Part shown: positions 32,224-42,122 of the stretch, in pieces | Position numbering within the stretch: position 1 is the stretch's first letter | Layout of the letters: each line of letters starts with the position of its first letter | Sequence record: MK327931.1 | Length of the DNA: 64,000 nucleotides | DNA from: Escherichia phage vB_EcoM_G17 | Reading direction: 5' to 3' (one strand) | The notes under the pieces: generated by a model | What the model was told of the DNA's origin: nothing | What the model saw: the letters and a program-made list of their open reading frames with translations, nothing else | The model's database searches: none | Position numbers and translations under genes: made by a program

Positions 32224-32805
32224 TTAGAGAGATTCTTCGTATTCAGCAACAATCTCAACCATTTCATTAATGAACTTGATGTGAGAATGTGTCACTGTAC
32301 GGAAGTCGTAAACAAGTGACTGTTGGAAAAATACATCTTCATCAAGAGAACCATCAAAGTTCAAATCAATGTTTTCATCGTCATTGCTTGGTGCAACTTT
32401 AATATTCAGAAGATTTTCATCAATGAACTTGATGTGAGAATGTGTCACTGTACGGAAGTCGTAAACAAGTGACTGTTGGAAAAATACATCTTCATCAAGA
32501 GAACCATCAAAGTTCAAATCAATGTTTTCATCGTCATTGCTTGGTGCAACTTTAATATTCAGAAGATTTTCATCAACTGCAAGTTTTACAACACAACCCA
32601 GTGCAATGGCAAGAACATATGCTGGTTTCTTAGCTTTTTCATTACGGAATGGTGCACGTAGAGCACAAAAAGTACTGCTAATCTCATCATTTGGTTCTTT
32701 GTATTTAACATTGACCATTAGTTCTTCGATTTTGACGCTCTCAATAACACGACCAGTTTCTGGAGCGAAGAAAGAATGTTCACGGATAGTTTGTTCGATA
32801 TTCAT
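32224..32805 (-). CDS. EE-x-FFQ motif family paralog carrying an internal 51-aa tandem duplication
   Basis: Motif LDEDVFFQQSLVYDFRTVTHSHIKFI occurs twice because of a perfect 153-bp direct repeat. Confidence 0.55.
   Translation of the reverse strand: MNIEQTIREHSFFAPETGRVIESVKIEELMVNVKYKEPNDEISSTFCALRAPFRNEKAKKPAYVLAIALGCVVKLAVDENLLNIKVAPSNDDENIDLNFDGSLDEDVFFQQSLVYDFRTVTHSHIKFIDENLLNIKVAPSNDDENIDLNFDGSLDEDVFFQQSLVYDFRTVTHSHIKFINEMVEIVAEYEESL
32271..32576. repeat. perfect 2 x 153-bp tandem direct repeat, in frame within a CDS
   Basis: Identical sequence read at about 32271..32423 and 32424..32576 (repeat phase arbitrary). Confidence 0.85.
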
Positions 32806-32808
32806 ATA

Positions 32809-33003
32809 TTATTCCTTATTTAGATTGCTAAAAATACGAAGATTGCGGTTTGCTTTAAACTGTTTCAAATCACCAAATCTATCATCAACGATGAAAGTTG
32901 CTGATTTCTTTGACTGACATATTGTACAAATCAACATACCTTGTATTGTATACTCAGTTGAGCAATTTGTACAGTACTTTTTTTCATAAAGTTCAGTACT
33001 CAT
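32809..33003 (-). CDS. hypothetical zinc-ribbon protein
   Basis: 64-aa ORF with CTNC...CTIC pairs. Confidence 0.4.
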   Translation of the reverse strand: MSTELYEKKYCTNCSTEYTIQGMLICTICQSKKSATFIVDDRFGDLKQFKANRNLRIFSNLNKE

Positions 33004-33335
33004 AAAACCTTCACATCAGTACGTTTTTCTCTTTGTTCTTTTTTAACCTCATCAGTTCTAGTATCTTCTAATTGTAACACAACTTCTTTTAGAATGTCAA
33101 CATCAATTGTTGCTTCTACATATTGATAGTCGTTTACACCAAAAACATACTTTACTGCAACCCATACACGGTTATACCATTTTAAAAAAGGATTTAAACG
33201 CATACTTATCAGACATTGACCAAGTTTATCATCTCCATATTCCTCTGTCAAGTCAAATTGTGCAATGTGAACGCAATGCTCCATTTTATCGCCACAAGAA
33301 CAACGTAAAATATACTCTTTACTATCTTCACTCAT
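33000..33335 (-). CDS. hypothetical protein
   Basis: 111-aa ORF. Confidence 0.45.
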   Translation of the reverse strand: MSEDSKEYILRCSCGDKMEHCVHIAQFDLTEEYGDDKLGQCLISMRLNPFLKWYNRVWVAVKYVFGVNDYQYVEATIDVDILKEVVLQLEDTRTDEVKKEQREKRTDVKVL

Positions 33336-33754
33336 ACTGGATAAGCCTTTAAAAATTGTTTAAGAACTCCAAACTTAGATGAATCGTAATCGTATTGATA
33401 GTTAAGCTCTCGCTTATCATTCATACGATACACCATATGAAAATTTGGATAACCAATTCTAACAGGTTTTTTAGGATTAGCAAGTAAAATTGCCCATTCT
33501 TTTACTGGAAATACGTTTTCAGTCAGCATTTTGATATTTGTTTCAAAATACTTCATGGCTTGCTTTCCGTGTTTGTAATCTTCTTCACTAATCTCTTGAC
33601 AATCAATTCTATGTGTTTCGGTATCTAACACCCATTGTTGATCTTCGGTATATAAATCAATTACATCATCAATAGTATAACTATCAGGTAAATCATAAAA
33701 TACCCAATGAGATAAACCAGAACTTACACCAATTCGAATTTTAAAGAACTTCAT
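33332..33754 (-). CDS. hypothetical protein
   Basis: 140-aa ORF. Confidence 0.5.
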   Translation of the reverse strand: MKFFKIRIGVSSGLSHWVFYDLPDSYTIDDVIDLYTEDQQWVLDTETHRIDCQEISEEDYKHGKQAMKYFETNIKMLTENVFPVKEWAILLANPKKPVRIGYPNFHMVYRMNDKRELNYQYDYDSSKFGVLKQFLKAYPV

Positions 33755-33987
33755 TCTTTATCACCTTTTACATAATTATAACACACGACACAGTGAATTA
33801 CAAGAAGAATTATTTCCACAATGTTAAGAGACAATACATGACTCTGCGGTGTGAAAAGTGCCAATAACAACATTATAGCAGGTATTGTGAATATTTTCCA
33901 AGTTTTTTTCATTTTATTCCTTTGTATATGCATATGGTAAAAATAAAACCTCTGCATTAGGAATGCATTGTGCCAATCCTTCAACAA
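33751..33987 (-). CDS. hypothetical small membrane protein
   Basis: 78-aa ORF with two hydrophobic helices. Confidence 0.45.
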   Translation of the reverse strand: MLKDWHNAFLMQRFYFYHMHIQRNKMKKTWKIFTIPAIMLLLALFTPQSHVLSLNIVEIILLVIHCVVCYNYVKGDKE

Positions 33988-34400
33988 TAGATTTGTTTTA
34001 TTACATTGCCAAACTTAGTAATTTTATGTCTAAATACTTTTTTATCAACGACAATCCAGTACATGTCCATTTTAACAGTACTGTTATCAGATGGTGTTAG
34101 TAAAGTATCGATGTCATATGTATCAAAGATTTGTCGTTCATATAATCTCCTAATAAAATATTCTCGATTCTCTCTTATATACCCAGATACACAGTTAGTT
34201 GTGGCTTGGTTAGTGAATGAAATCTCACTATTGGACACGCCATTTGCATCACACAAAGGACATATTCCCATGTACTTGGGGGTCGGGTAGGTGTCCAATT
34301 TGTATTTTTCATTACACACCATGTACTGCTGTGGCAATACATCTAATATTATTTCATATTCTTCATCAAACACCTTGAAGCATACCCAACATTTACCCAT
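33981..34400 (-). CDS. hypothetical Cys-rich (zinc-finger-like) protein
   Basis: 139-aa ORF with CWVC, CNEK, CPLC and CVSG cysteine clusters. Confidence 0.45.
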   Translation of the reverse strand: MGKCWVCFKVFDEEYEIILDVLPQQYMVCNEKYKLDTYPTPKYMGICPLCDANGVSNSEISFTNQATTNCVSGYIRENREYFIRRLYERQIFDTYDIDTLLTPSDNSTVKMDMYWIVVDKKVFRHKITKFGNVIKQIYC

Positions 34401-34626
34401 TATAGTTTTCCTTTAACACCGTTCTTATATATTCGAATGTTTTAACAAACCAATCATGTTCGTCGGATACATCTACAACTTTACCACCATATACATAGTA
34501 ATGGTAAAAAGGTAACTTGCTTTTTCTTAATCTTTCGGCTAACTCTGGATTTTGAATTATCTTAGCACAAATAGCATCTTGAATAATAGAAATACAATCA
34601 TCCGTCATTTCAATTCGATCATGCAT
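34393..34626 (-). CDS. hypothetical protein
   Basis: 77-aa ORF. Confidence 0.4.
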   Translation of the reverse strand: MHDRIEMTDDCISIIQDAICAKIIQNPELAERLRKSKLPFYHYYVYGGKVVDVSDEHDWFVKTFEYIRTVLKENYNG

Positions 34627-34883
34627 ATATTGTTAGCGGCTGCTTTTGCTGCTGCACCAGATACTTTTCTAAGGTCATCATGTTTTTGCCCAGTTAAAAA
34701 CCAAAAGTAAAATGTTTCAACTGAAGGGAACCAACCATATGGTTCAAGTGTGAAGCTATGTGAAGAAAAGTTAGATAGATCTCTACCTAACTTAGTTCTA
34801 GCTTTACTATAAATGTTAATGTGTCGGTATCCATCATCAGTAGGGTCAATAAAGTCAAATGACTCTTCTGGAAACTCAAACAT
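34605..34883 (-). CDS. hypothetical protein
   Basis: 92-aa ORF. Confidence 0.4.
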   Translation of the reverse strand: MFEFPEESFDFIDPTDDGYRHINIYSKARTKLGRDLSNFSSHSFTLEPYGWFPSVETFYFWFLTGQKHDDLRKVSGAAAKAAANNICMIELK

Positions 34884-34885
34884 AA

Positions 34886-35122
34886 TTATTCTTCTTCTCC
34901 TGAAGGAGTTCCACGTAGTTTGTCAAAATCAACCCAAATACCATGCTGATTTTTAAATCTACATTTCTCATAGTACCAGCTATAGTCAGTTTCAACACCT
35001 TGTGATATAGATCTAACACTACAATCATACATATTATATAAATGATCCCTGACAATATACGTATTAATCAGAATAACAAACAATACAATAATACCACAGA
35101 CTTTAGGATGATCCATAATCAA
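34886..35122 (-). CDS. hypothetical small membrane protein
   Basis: 78-aa ORF with N-terminal TM helix. Confidence 0.45.
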   Translation of the reverse strand: MIMDHPKVCGIIVLFVILINTYIVRDHLYNMYDCSVRSISQGVETDYSWYYEKCRFKNQHGIWVDFDKLRGTPSGEEE

Positions 35123-35240
35123 ATCTAGAACGGAACTCGTTTCAGTACTGTCAATTTACTACGACCGATGGCAACAGCTTTCAGTACTGCTAATGATACC
35201 AGTAATGAAATAACAAGAACACTCAAATAAATTAGCATAA

Positions 35241-35821
35241 TTAGACTCCTACACCAAAACGTAAAAGGATGTTATTAACAAACACAAAATCAAATGGAGA
35301 CTTTGGTTCAGATACCGAGTACTGAAAAGTTTCAGCGGAGAAACTTTCCCTATTGTGCCATGTTGATGAATCGATTAGTAATTGTTTATCACCAATTGAC
35401 GTTGAATGTAATGGAAAGTGTGCTGATGAATTTATGGAATACGCATTTAGTTTTCCTTGTTCATCTAATGTGATACTAAGATAATATTTTTTCTCAATAT
35501 CAGGAATAAGTTCTTTTGTATACGAATAGATTGAATCAACCCATTCATCATGTACATTTTCTGCACCAATCAGGTGTCCGAATGATAAATTACGTTTAAC
35601 TGGCTTTGATCCTGGTCGAGTTAGAATGAATTGTTTTGTTAAGTAAAAATTATTATGTTTACTTCAATATTAACATTTTTAAAATTCACAACTTTATCAT
35701 ATACATTTCGAAAAACTGTTATATCCCAAGTACTAATTTCATCCATAATACTTATCACCAGTTCTTCTAGTTCTTGGATAAATGGCAAATCATCCTGATG
35801 AAATCTAGTCATGGTTTTCAT
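35241..35821 (-). pseudogene. gene split by a frameshift (60-aa N-terminal ORF plus about 130-codon start-less ORF)
   Basis: Manual translation finds an open frame 35241..about 35650 with no ATG/GTG/TTG start, abutting ORF 35639..35821 in another frame next to an A/T homopolymer run. Confidence 0.4.
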
Positions 35822-36404
35822 ATACCTTTTTCAAATTCATAATTTCTAGAATGCTGTATTCTTTATCACCAATCAAATCTTCAGTGAATGCAGTGGGGTC
35901 GGCATCGCTATACAACTTACCATTGATGATAACACAACCATTACTAAGATACAATGCACTCATGATCTGTTGTCCTTCTTTCACATTTTGTGCTAGACCT
36001 GTATTTGTTACTACAAATCCATTTGTTGCTAATGATGATGTTAGTTCTGACCATTCAACTGATATTAAGTCGCGATAGTCCTTAGATACTTTTATATTCA
36101 CAATACAAGCAACTCGTTTAATAGGTGGAGTGCTAATCGTGTACATTTGTGGTTGTTGGTAATTAGAGTTGTATGTTTGTGGTGTTTTAACAGCAGTTCC
36201 TGAATTTTGAGTTGATTTGGTAATTACTGGTTCTACACTGGGGACTATTGTTCTTAGTGATATAATACGTCCAGTTTCATCCAATTTAAGGACTAAACGA
36301 TGAGTTTCATCCTCAGAGTAATAGGGAAACAAGCCACCGGAATTCATATTTTGAAGCATTTTAATTAATTCATAAGTATTTTTTAAAAACATAGTACACC
36401 CCAT
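35805..36404 (-). CDS. hypothetical protein
   Basis: 199-aa ORF. Confidence 0.5.
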   Translation of the reverse strand: MGCTMFLKNTYELIKMLQNMNSGGLFPYYSEDETHRLVLKLDETGRIISLRTIVPSVEPVITKSTQNSGTAVKTPQTYNSNYQQPQMYTISTPPIKRVACIVNIKVSKDYRDLISVEWSELTSSLATNGFVVTNTGLAQNVKEGQQIMSALYLSNGCVIINGKLYSDADPTAFTEDLIGDKEYSILEIMNLKKVYENHD

Positions 36405-36430
36405 AGAAAAGGGGAGTACAAAGTACTCCC
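36399..36430 (-). terminator. putative rho-independent terminator
   Basis: Minus strand GGGAGTAC-TTT-GTACTCCC hairpin followed by a T-rich tract. Confidence 0.4.
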
Positions 36431-36439
36431 AACATTTAA

Positions 36440-36994
36440 TTATAGTTTAATTGATTCTTGAATACCAGTATCCATTGCTTTCTTGGTACGTGTATCAGAT
36501 ACTACTGTACAAAGGTGTTCAATATTTTCACTTGGAAACGTATTCGAATCAAGAATTTTGGAATTCCAGAAGCCTTTGCGGAACTTAGCATAATCAGTAC
36601 ACTGGTCAATTTTCATTTTCTGAAGATTGTTGAACTTTGTACGTCCTGCTTCAATTGTCACCATCAATTCCTGATAAATTTTAGGATCAAGATTTGGAAC
36701 CTGTTGTTGAATCTGTGACATTACAAACTTCTGGTCAACACCTTCACGCCCTTTAAAGTATGACTCAATCGTTTCTTTCAACGCATTTTTGTACTTATCT
36801 GCTACTTGAACCTTATCTTGAATAGTAAGAGTATAATTGCTAAGTTGACTTTCAGATGCATCATAGTACTTTTTAATGTTTCCTTCAAACTCAACTGCAC
36901 GATCATGTGCACCAACATACATACTAATAGAACCAAACACCATTAGTACAATAACTACCAAAATACCAATTAACGCAAGGAGTTTACCATTCAT
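36440..36994 (-). CDS. hypothetical membrane-anchored protein
   Basis: 184-aa ORF with N-terminal TM helix LLALIGILVVIVLMVFGSI. Confidence 0.5.
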   Translation of the reverse strand: MNGKLLALIGILVVIVLMVFGSISMYVGAHDRAVEFEGNIKKYYDASESQLSNYTLTIQDKVQVADKYKNALKETIESYFKGREGVDQKFVMSQIQQQVPNLDPKIYQELMVTIEAGRTKFNNLQKMKIDQCTDYAKFRKGFWNSKILDSNTFPSENIEHLCTVVSDTRTKKAMDTGIQESIKL

Positions 36995-38085
36995 AAATCG
37001 TTATCCCTCATATAAAGGCCAATGAAAATAGACAGAATCAACAAAACAATGGAAGCACCGATAAGAACATCTTTTCTAGGTTCCATTTTTACTGACAAGT
37101 ACTCAAACTCTTTATTAGAGAGTCTCTCAAACTGTGTGTCAATATTATGTACTTCTTTAACTAGTAAGTCAAGAGTTAATTTTTCATTTAATGCATCAAT
37201 ACGCATCTTTGCATGTAACTCTTCATTCTTCATTCCTTGTGCAAATGATGTACTGTAAAATTTGACAACGTTACCATCATTGTCAATACCAAAGAACATA
37301 ATAACATCATTCTTCTTACCACCACGCCACGATGCAAGGGTAGCATCAACAAAATCCACATCTTTGTAATCATAAACTAGTACTTGGATGTTTACCTGCT
37401 TTCGTGCACCCATCGTTTTTAGCTCATTACGAAGGTATTCATCGTAACCATCAACGTTGTAATTTGTAGTGTTAATTACGTGATGTGTTTTGTAATAATC
37501 AACTACACTTGGGTATTCTGGAATAGTACTAAGATACTTTTCATCATACATGTTGTGTAGTTCTTCAGGACTAAACAATGAGTTCTTATCAGCAAATAGA
37601 TAGTTGATATATGAACTCTCTGCGGCGGCATAGTCACCAATCATAACTTGCTGCCAACGTGGTGGTGTCATTGTACCTTGACGGTTCACACGTTCAATCT
37701 CAAACTCACCTACTGTACTTTTCACATACCAATCAACTTCATATGAGTAATCAAAAACCTTATATGATTCACACTCACGATGTGATTTACCTTTACTATC
37801 ATATCGCGTATGGCACTTCTCATGCCATGTATAGTGCTTACATGAACTAGATTGTGTGCAATATTCTTTGTGGCTGTATTTTGAAGTTACTTGACCATTC
37901 AGAATCTCAACATCATAAAGCTGGCTATAGTTGATTGCGTATGAAATACCAAGAACAAGAGCCGCACCAACCAGACAACAAGCAATATGAATCAATAGTT
38001 CTTTAGTACTGATATGCTTATCGTACATGTATTTCATAACGAATACAACGATAAGAGCAGGTATTAACAGAATAATGAAATTCAT
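36991..38085 (-). CDS. hypothetical membrane protein (N- and C-terminal TM helices, Cys/His-rich central region)
   Basis: 364-aa ORF. Confidence 0.55.
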   Translation of the reverse strand: MNFIILLIPALIVVFVMKYMYDKHISTKELLIHIACCLVGAALVLGISYAINYSQLYDVEILNGQVTSKYSHKEYCTQSSSCKHYTWHEKCHTRYDSKGKSHRECESYKVFDYSYEVDWYVKSTVGEFEIERVNRQGTMTPPRWQQVMIGDYAAAESSYINYLFADKNSLFSPEELHNMYDEKYLSTIPEYPSVVDYYKTHHVINTTNYNVDGYDEYLRNELKTMGARKQVNIQVLVYDYKDVDFVDATLASWRGGKKNDVIMFFGIDNDGNVVKFYSTSFAQGMKNEELHAKMRIDALNEKLTLDLLVKEVHNIDTQFERLSNKEFEYLSVKMEPRKDVLIGASIVLLILSIFIGLYMRDNDL

Positions 38086-38088
38086 GTA

Positions 38089-38778
38089 TTAATCCATTTT
38101 AAGCTTGTTTAGACAGAATGAAATCTGGATTGCTTCACGTGCTGCATCAAACAGTGGGTGATGTAACTCCAACCCATTAATCCCACACGTATTTGCATAT
38201 GTGATAAATTTATCCAACTGTACCGAAACGATTTCATCCATTTCAATACGAGCTTCTTCATTCAATAAACGTTTCAATGTGCGTGCATTTTCAGGTGCAT
38301 CATACTTCCACAACTCACCAGCGTTCATTAGTTTTAAATGGTTTGCTTGTAAAATACTACAATCGAAGTTACATCCGTTGCCCCAGACTGAATGAGGAAC
38401 TTCTTCACCATAATCATTGTAACGTAATTCTTTCCAGAAATCAACAATACTACTGTATGCAAAAAATCGTCGTGATTGACCATTCGGTCCATACAGTTCA
38501 GGTGCTTTGAGTTTCATAGTACTGGCAACTTCAGAATATGCATTAGAGTATTCTTTCTGACATGTATTCATCCAAAAATCCATTGCACCTGCGTCTGATT
38601 TTAAACCAGCAGCAACTTGATCCTGGTATGGTAATTTAATATATAAGAACTGACGAATGTCATTTTCAGGTTTACTTGGAACTACTACTGCTGCGTAATT
38701 TGGGATAATAATATCATAACCGGAAAGTTCAGGTGTTCCAAGAGCTTCAATATCAACACTAATATGACGACGTTTCAT
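38089..38778 (-). CDS. dexA: DEDDh-family 3'-5' exonuclease (DexA-like)
   Basis: Exo I motif ISVDIEALG, C-terminal HHPLFDA (Exo III H-x4-D); about 229 aa, close to T4 DexA size and near a dda-like gene. Confidence 0.6.
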   Translation of the reverse strand: MKRRHISVDIEALGTPELSGYDIIIPNYAAVVVPSKPENDIRQFLYIKLPYQDQVAAGLKSDAGAMDFWMNTCQKEYSNAYSEVASTMKLKAPELYGPNGQSRRFFAYSSIVDFWKELRYNDYGEEVPHSVWGNGCNFDCSILQANHLKLMNAGELWKYDAPENARTLKRLLNEEARIEMDEIVSVQLDKFITYANTCGINGLELHHPLFDAAREAIQISFCLNKLKMD

Positions 38779-38857
38779 AAGTTAGTTCCTTATCTGTACA
38801 TTAAAAAGAGTGCGTTTTCAATAAGATTATATTAAAAACGCACTCATATGTCAACTA

Positions 38858-39994
38858 TTACTTGTTAGCTTTTTCGGCAATTTCACGAAGAGTGTCTTCC
38901 AGTTCATAGGAAAGTTGTGCAATTTCCTGTTTAGCACGTTCACGTTCCAATTTGCCTTTTTTCTCTTCTTCAATAACTGCTTCAATACTGTCAATCATCG
39001 TTTTATGTACATTACGCAAGGTTTTAATATCCACAATACCACGGTTGTTTGCCTTTGCTGCGTCCAACATATTTGCTGCAACCATTTTAGAGTTAGTTTC
39101 CAAAAGACGGTTTGTCTCATTATCAATTAGATTGCCTAGTTCATTATCCTTACGTTGACGCTCGGAAATTAACTGTTCAGCCAATTGAGACTTCCATGCT
39201 GGAATAACAACAGATTTTAAATCTTCAAACTTAGAAACAGTGTTCAAGTTTACTTTTTTCATACTCATCAAACGTGGACCACTTAGCTCGCACATCATGA
39301 TAAGACGACGAATCTTATCTTCTTGTTTAGAAAGTGCTTCACAAATCATCTTTTGCTCTTGAATAGCAAAAGAGTCTACATTTTTGTCTGCTTGCATTTC
39401 TAATAATAATGCATCTTGTGTTTTAGTTACTTCTTCTAAACCAACTAATGTATCACGTAATTCAAACAAATATTCTTTGTTTTCATTATATGCTTTATCA
39501 AGCCATTCACATTCTCCGTGCTGGCGATTAATACCAGTTTGAAGAGTTTTCATAATTTCGTCAATTTGCTCTTTACTGTTTTTGTACTGATCACCTACTT
39601 TCTGTTGAGCATTAACAAAGAATTTCTTAATACGACCAACAATTGATTTATCTTCTTGAAGACTGTCAATATCAACTGCACGAGTCAACGTAAGAATTGT
39701 GGTGATTGATTTACCAAACTCGGTATTGTCATCCGTTACATTAACTTTAGACATAATTTCATCAGCCAAACGCCCAACAGCAGCACCAGCAGTTGTACCA
39801 ACAGTATTGATGTTTTGAACTGTTAGAGACATAGTATTTCCCTTAACATCTTTCAGTACTGGTAGTGATTTTGTAGTTTGGTTAAAAATATCACTTGCAT
39901 CAATTGTATGACCTTTAGACGCAGTTTTAGTAGTGCGTTTTGCTGATTTAGCTGCGGTGGATGCTTTTTTAGGATTGATTTCTTTCTCGGACAT
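38858..39994 (-). CDS. hypothetical coiled-coil protein
   Basis: 378-aa ORF with basic N-terminus and long helical, charged body. Confidence 0.5.
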   Translation of the reverse strand: MSEKEINPKKASTAAKSAKRTTKTASKGHTIDASDIFNQTTKSLPVLKDVKGNTMSLTVQNINTVGTTAGAAVGRLADEIMSKVNVTDDNTEFGKSITTILTLTRAVDIDSLQEDKSIVGRIKKFFVNAQQKVGDQYKNSKEQIDEIMKTLQTGINRQHGECEWLDKAYNENKEYLFELRDTLVGLEEVTKTQDALLLEMQADKNVDSFAIQEQKMICEALSKQEDKIRRLIMMCELSGPRLMSMKKVNLNTVSKFEDLKSVVIPAWKSQLAEQLISERQRKDNELGNLIDNETNRLLETNSKMVAANMLDAAKANNRGIVDIKTLRNVHKTMIDSIEAVIEEEKKGKLERERAKQEIAQLSYELEDTLREIAEKANK

Positions 39995-40067
39995 TTAGTA
40001 TTCCTCGTTTAATTTAATATGATGTGCTGCTCTGTGATAAACATTATACGGGCAGCACGTATGATAG

Positions 40068-41207
40068 TCAAGTATTTTTTAACTCTTTGTTACCATATGC
40101 CAGATTACGAATAATTTCTACAGTACTCTCATCCACAGCTTTACCTGTCTGTGATTGTAAACGATTGATAATCAAAGGAATAGTAATAGTTTGAAGATCT
40201 ACCATACGATTCATATCAACTTGATATTGCTTACTTGTTGCAATAATGCTCGTTTCAGTCATGGAGGTGGTGATTCCCATTTTCATAATACGTTCTAATG
40301 TTAATTCATATTCAAACGCATCATCCACACAACGTAGTGCGTATTCACAACCCAACTTACCATATTCAAGTTCATTTTTGATTTCATTAACTTCGTTTCT
40401 AAGTTCTGAAAACATCGTACTAAGACCACTAAACTTATTAGTGTCATACTTAACTGCTTCATTTAGTGCTTTCATCACTTTTGGCAAATCTGATGGTTGC
40501 ACTTTGATATCAGTTTTACCAAACAATTTCTGTGTAAAGGTCGGCTTCAATGGGAACAACGTCTCCAACGCAACAGTAAGGTTATTCATAAGCATTCTAA
40601 TATAATCACTATGCTGTTGTAATGCTGAGTTAAGATCCAATTGACGTTCTGAAATTTGTTGAATCTTAGTTCCAATTTCTTGTGCACAAACTGGTAAGTT
40701 TACAAACCAGTCTAGTACTTTTACTGAATTCTTTTCAATAGTACTAGGGAATTCAACCCATCTTTCAATGTCATCAATTCTGCTATCGTCTGGGTTGATA
40801 GGTTTTTTCTTAAGAACAATAGGTGCAGGTACATCTGGTGATGTTTGTACCAAGTCTAAACGTGGTTTGGCACGACCTTCTTTCCATTCACGATATTCAC
40901 GCTCTAATGGCGGTACTGGCATGTTAGGATCAATTCTAATATTACTAAAATGAATTTTATCCTTCATTAAATCAAGAACTTTCAGACGTTTATTATCAAA
41001 ATAGATTTCATCTAATGACAGAGTTTTTACATCAAATAACGGATTACCCAGCGAGTCATAGGTGCGACGTACAATTACATTGTAAATGTATTTTTTGTTT
41101 GATGAACGGTCATATTGTTTCAATAAAGAGTTCAGTACATAATTATAGTTAAATTCTTGAATCTCAACTTCTTTGCCATTTTCAATGAAAAAATATTTAC
41201 CTTTCAT
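40068..41207 (-). CDS. hypothetical protein
   Basis: 379-aa ORF. Confidence 0.55.
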   Translation of the reverse strand: MKGKYFFIENGKEVEIQEFNYNYVLNSLLKQYDRSSNKKYIYNVIVRRTYDSLGNPLFDVKTLSLDEIYFDNKRLKVLDLMKDKIHFSNIRIDPNMPVPPLEREYREWKEGRAKPRLDLVQTSPDVPAPIVLKKKPINPDDSRIDDIERWVEFPSTIEKNSVKVLDWFVNLPVCAQEIGTKIQQISERQLDLNSALQQHSDYIRMLMNNLTVALETLFPLKPTFTQKLFGKTDIKVQPSDLPKVMKALNEAVKYDTNKFSGLSTMFSELRNEVNEIKNELEYGKLGCEYALRCVDDAFEYELTLERIMKMGITTSMTETSIIATSKQYQVDMNRMVDLQTITIPLIINRLQSQTGKAVDESTVEIIRNLAYGNKELKNT

Positions 41208-41303
41208 TATAAAACCTCATAATCAATTAAAATTTACGCTATGGTGATATTGTACATACTTCGACTACACATGTCAACACCTGAAAAGAAAAAAGGACGC
41301 ACC

Positions 41304-42122
41304 TTAGTGCATCCTTTTGTTACTTTTATCCTTGTACCATACAAATGTCTTGACAGGTGGATATTTTTCATTCTTTGGTGGTTCAGGCATGTCGTATACA
41401 GTTGCATTTCTAAACTTAAGAATGTATGTGTCCATTAAACGGATTATACAATAGTTTAAACATTTTTGTGCTCTTTCTTTCCAAAAATGTTTATATGGTT
41501 CTGGACAACCAAGATAATCAAGTTTATACATACTCATAGCAACTTGCATAAATCTTTGGGCCGAGAATTTTCGCTTATCAATCTTACTTGCTCTGTGTTG
41601 GTCACATGTCCAACTTGATACACCAGGCAAGTGACAAAACAAATCAAAACTAACCATACTATCAAAGTATTTGTTATGACCATGTAACTCACCATAAAAT
41701 ACAGCTTCTGACACAGTATCATATAATGAGAAATTTGAATGTATATGTTCATTATCAAAAATACTTTTTAAATCTTTATAAGTTTCTGGAACAGGTGGCT
41801 CAGGTAATACTTCACCGAATACTTCAACACACCATATCTTCCATAAACCTTTTGTAAATTTATTTTCTAATTCTCTATCACTATCAATATAAAAAGTTTT
41901 TTCATTTATGAAAACTTTTCTAGCCATGTATGCTTTAAAAATTGCATCTGGATCAATGTCTTCACGATTTACATCATCCCAGCCTTTACCAATTCTTGAA
42001 ATTTCAAATCTACGCATATACATACGACATGCTAAATCTTTAGTAAGGCTGCGACGATACTTTTCATCCTGATGTAATTTGGTTGTTTCGTGAAGAGATT
42101 TAAGCATATTTAAAATTCTCAT
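41304..42122 (-). CDS. hypothetical protein
   Basis: 272-aa ORF. Confidence 0.55.
   Translation of the reverse strand: MRILNMLKSLHETTKLHQDEKYRRSLTKDLACRMYMRRFEISRIGKGWDDVNREDIDPDAIFKAYMARKVFINEKTFYIDSDRELENKFTKGLWKIWCVEVFGEVLPEPPVPETYKDLKSIFDNEHIHSNFSLYDTVSEAVFYGELHGHNKYFDSMVSFDLFCHLPGVSSWTCDQHRASKIDKRKFSAQRFMQVAMSMYKLDYLGCPEPYKHFWKERAQKCLNYCIIRLMDTYILKFRNATVYDMPEPPKNEKYPPVKTFVWYKDKSNKRMH

Noticed and set aside
32271-32576. CRISPR array or satellite repeat
   Set aside because: Only two copies, perfectly in frame inside a protein-coding gene, no spacer structure; no CRISPR-like arrays seen elsewhere in the window.
36440-36994. LemA-family assignment for the membrane-anchored 184-aa protein
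   Set aside because: Topology and size fit but I could not align the characteristic LemA motifs with confidence.
41241-41438. Plus-strand 65-aa ORF overlapping the start region of 41304..42122
   Set aside because: Overlaps a minus-strand gene and an intergenic hairpin; no independent support.
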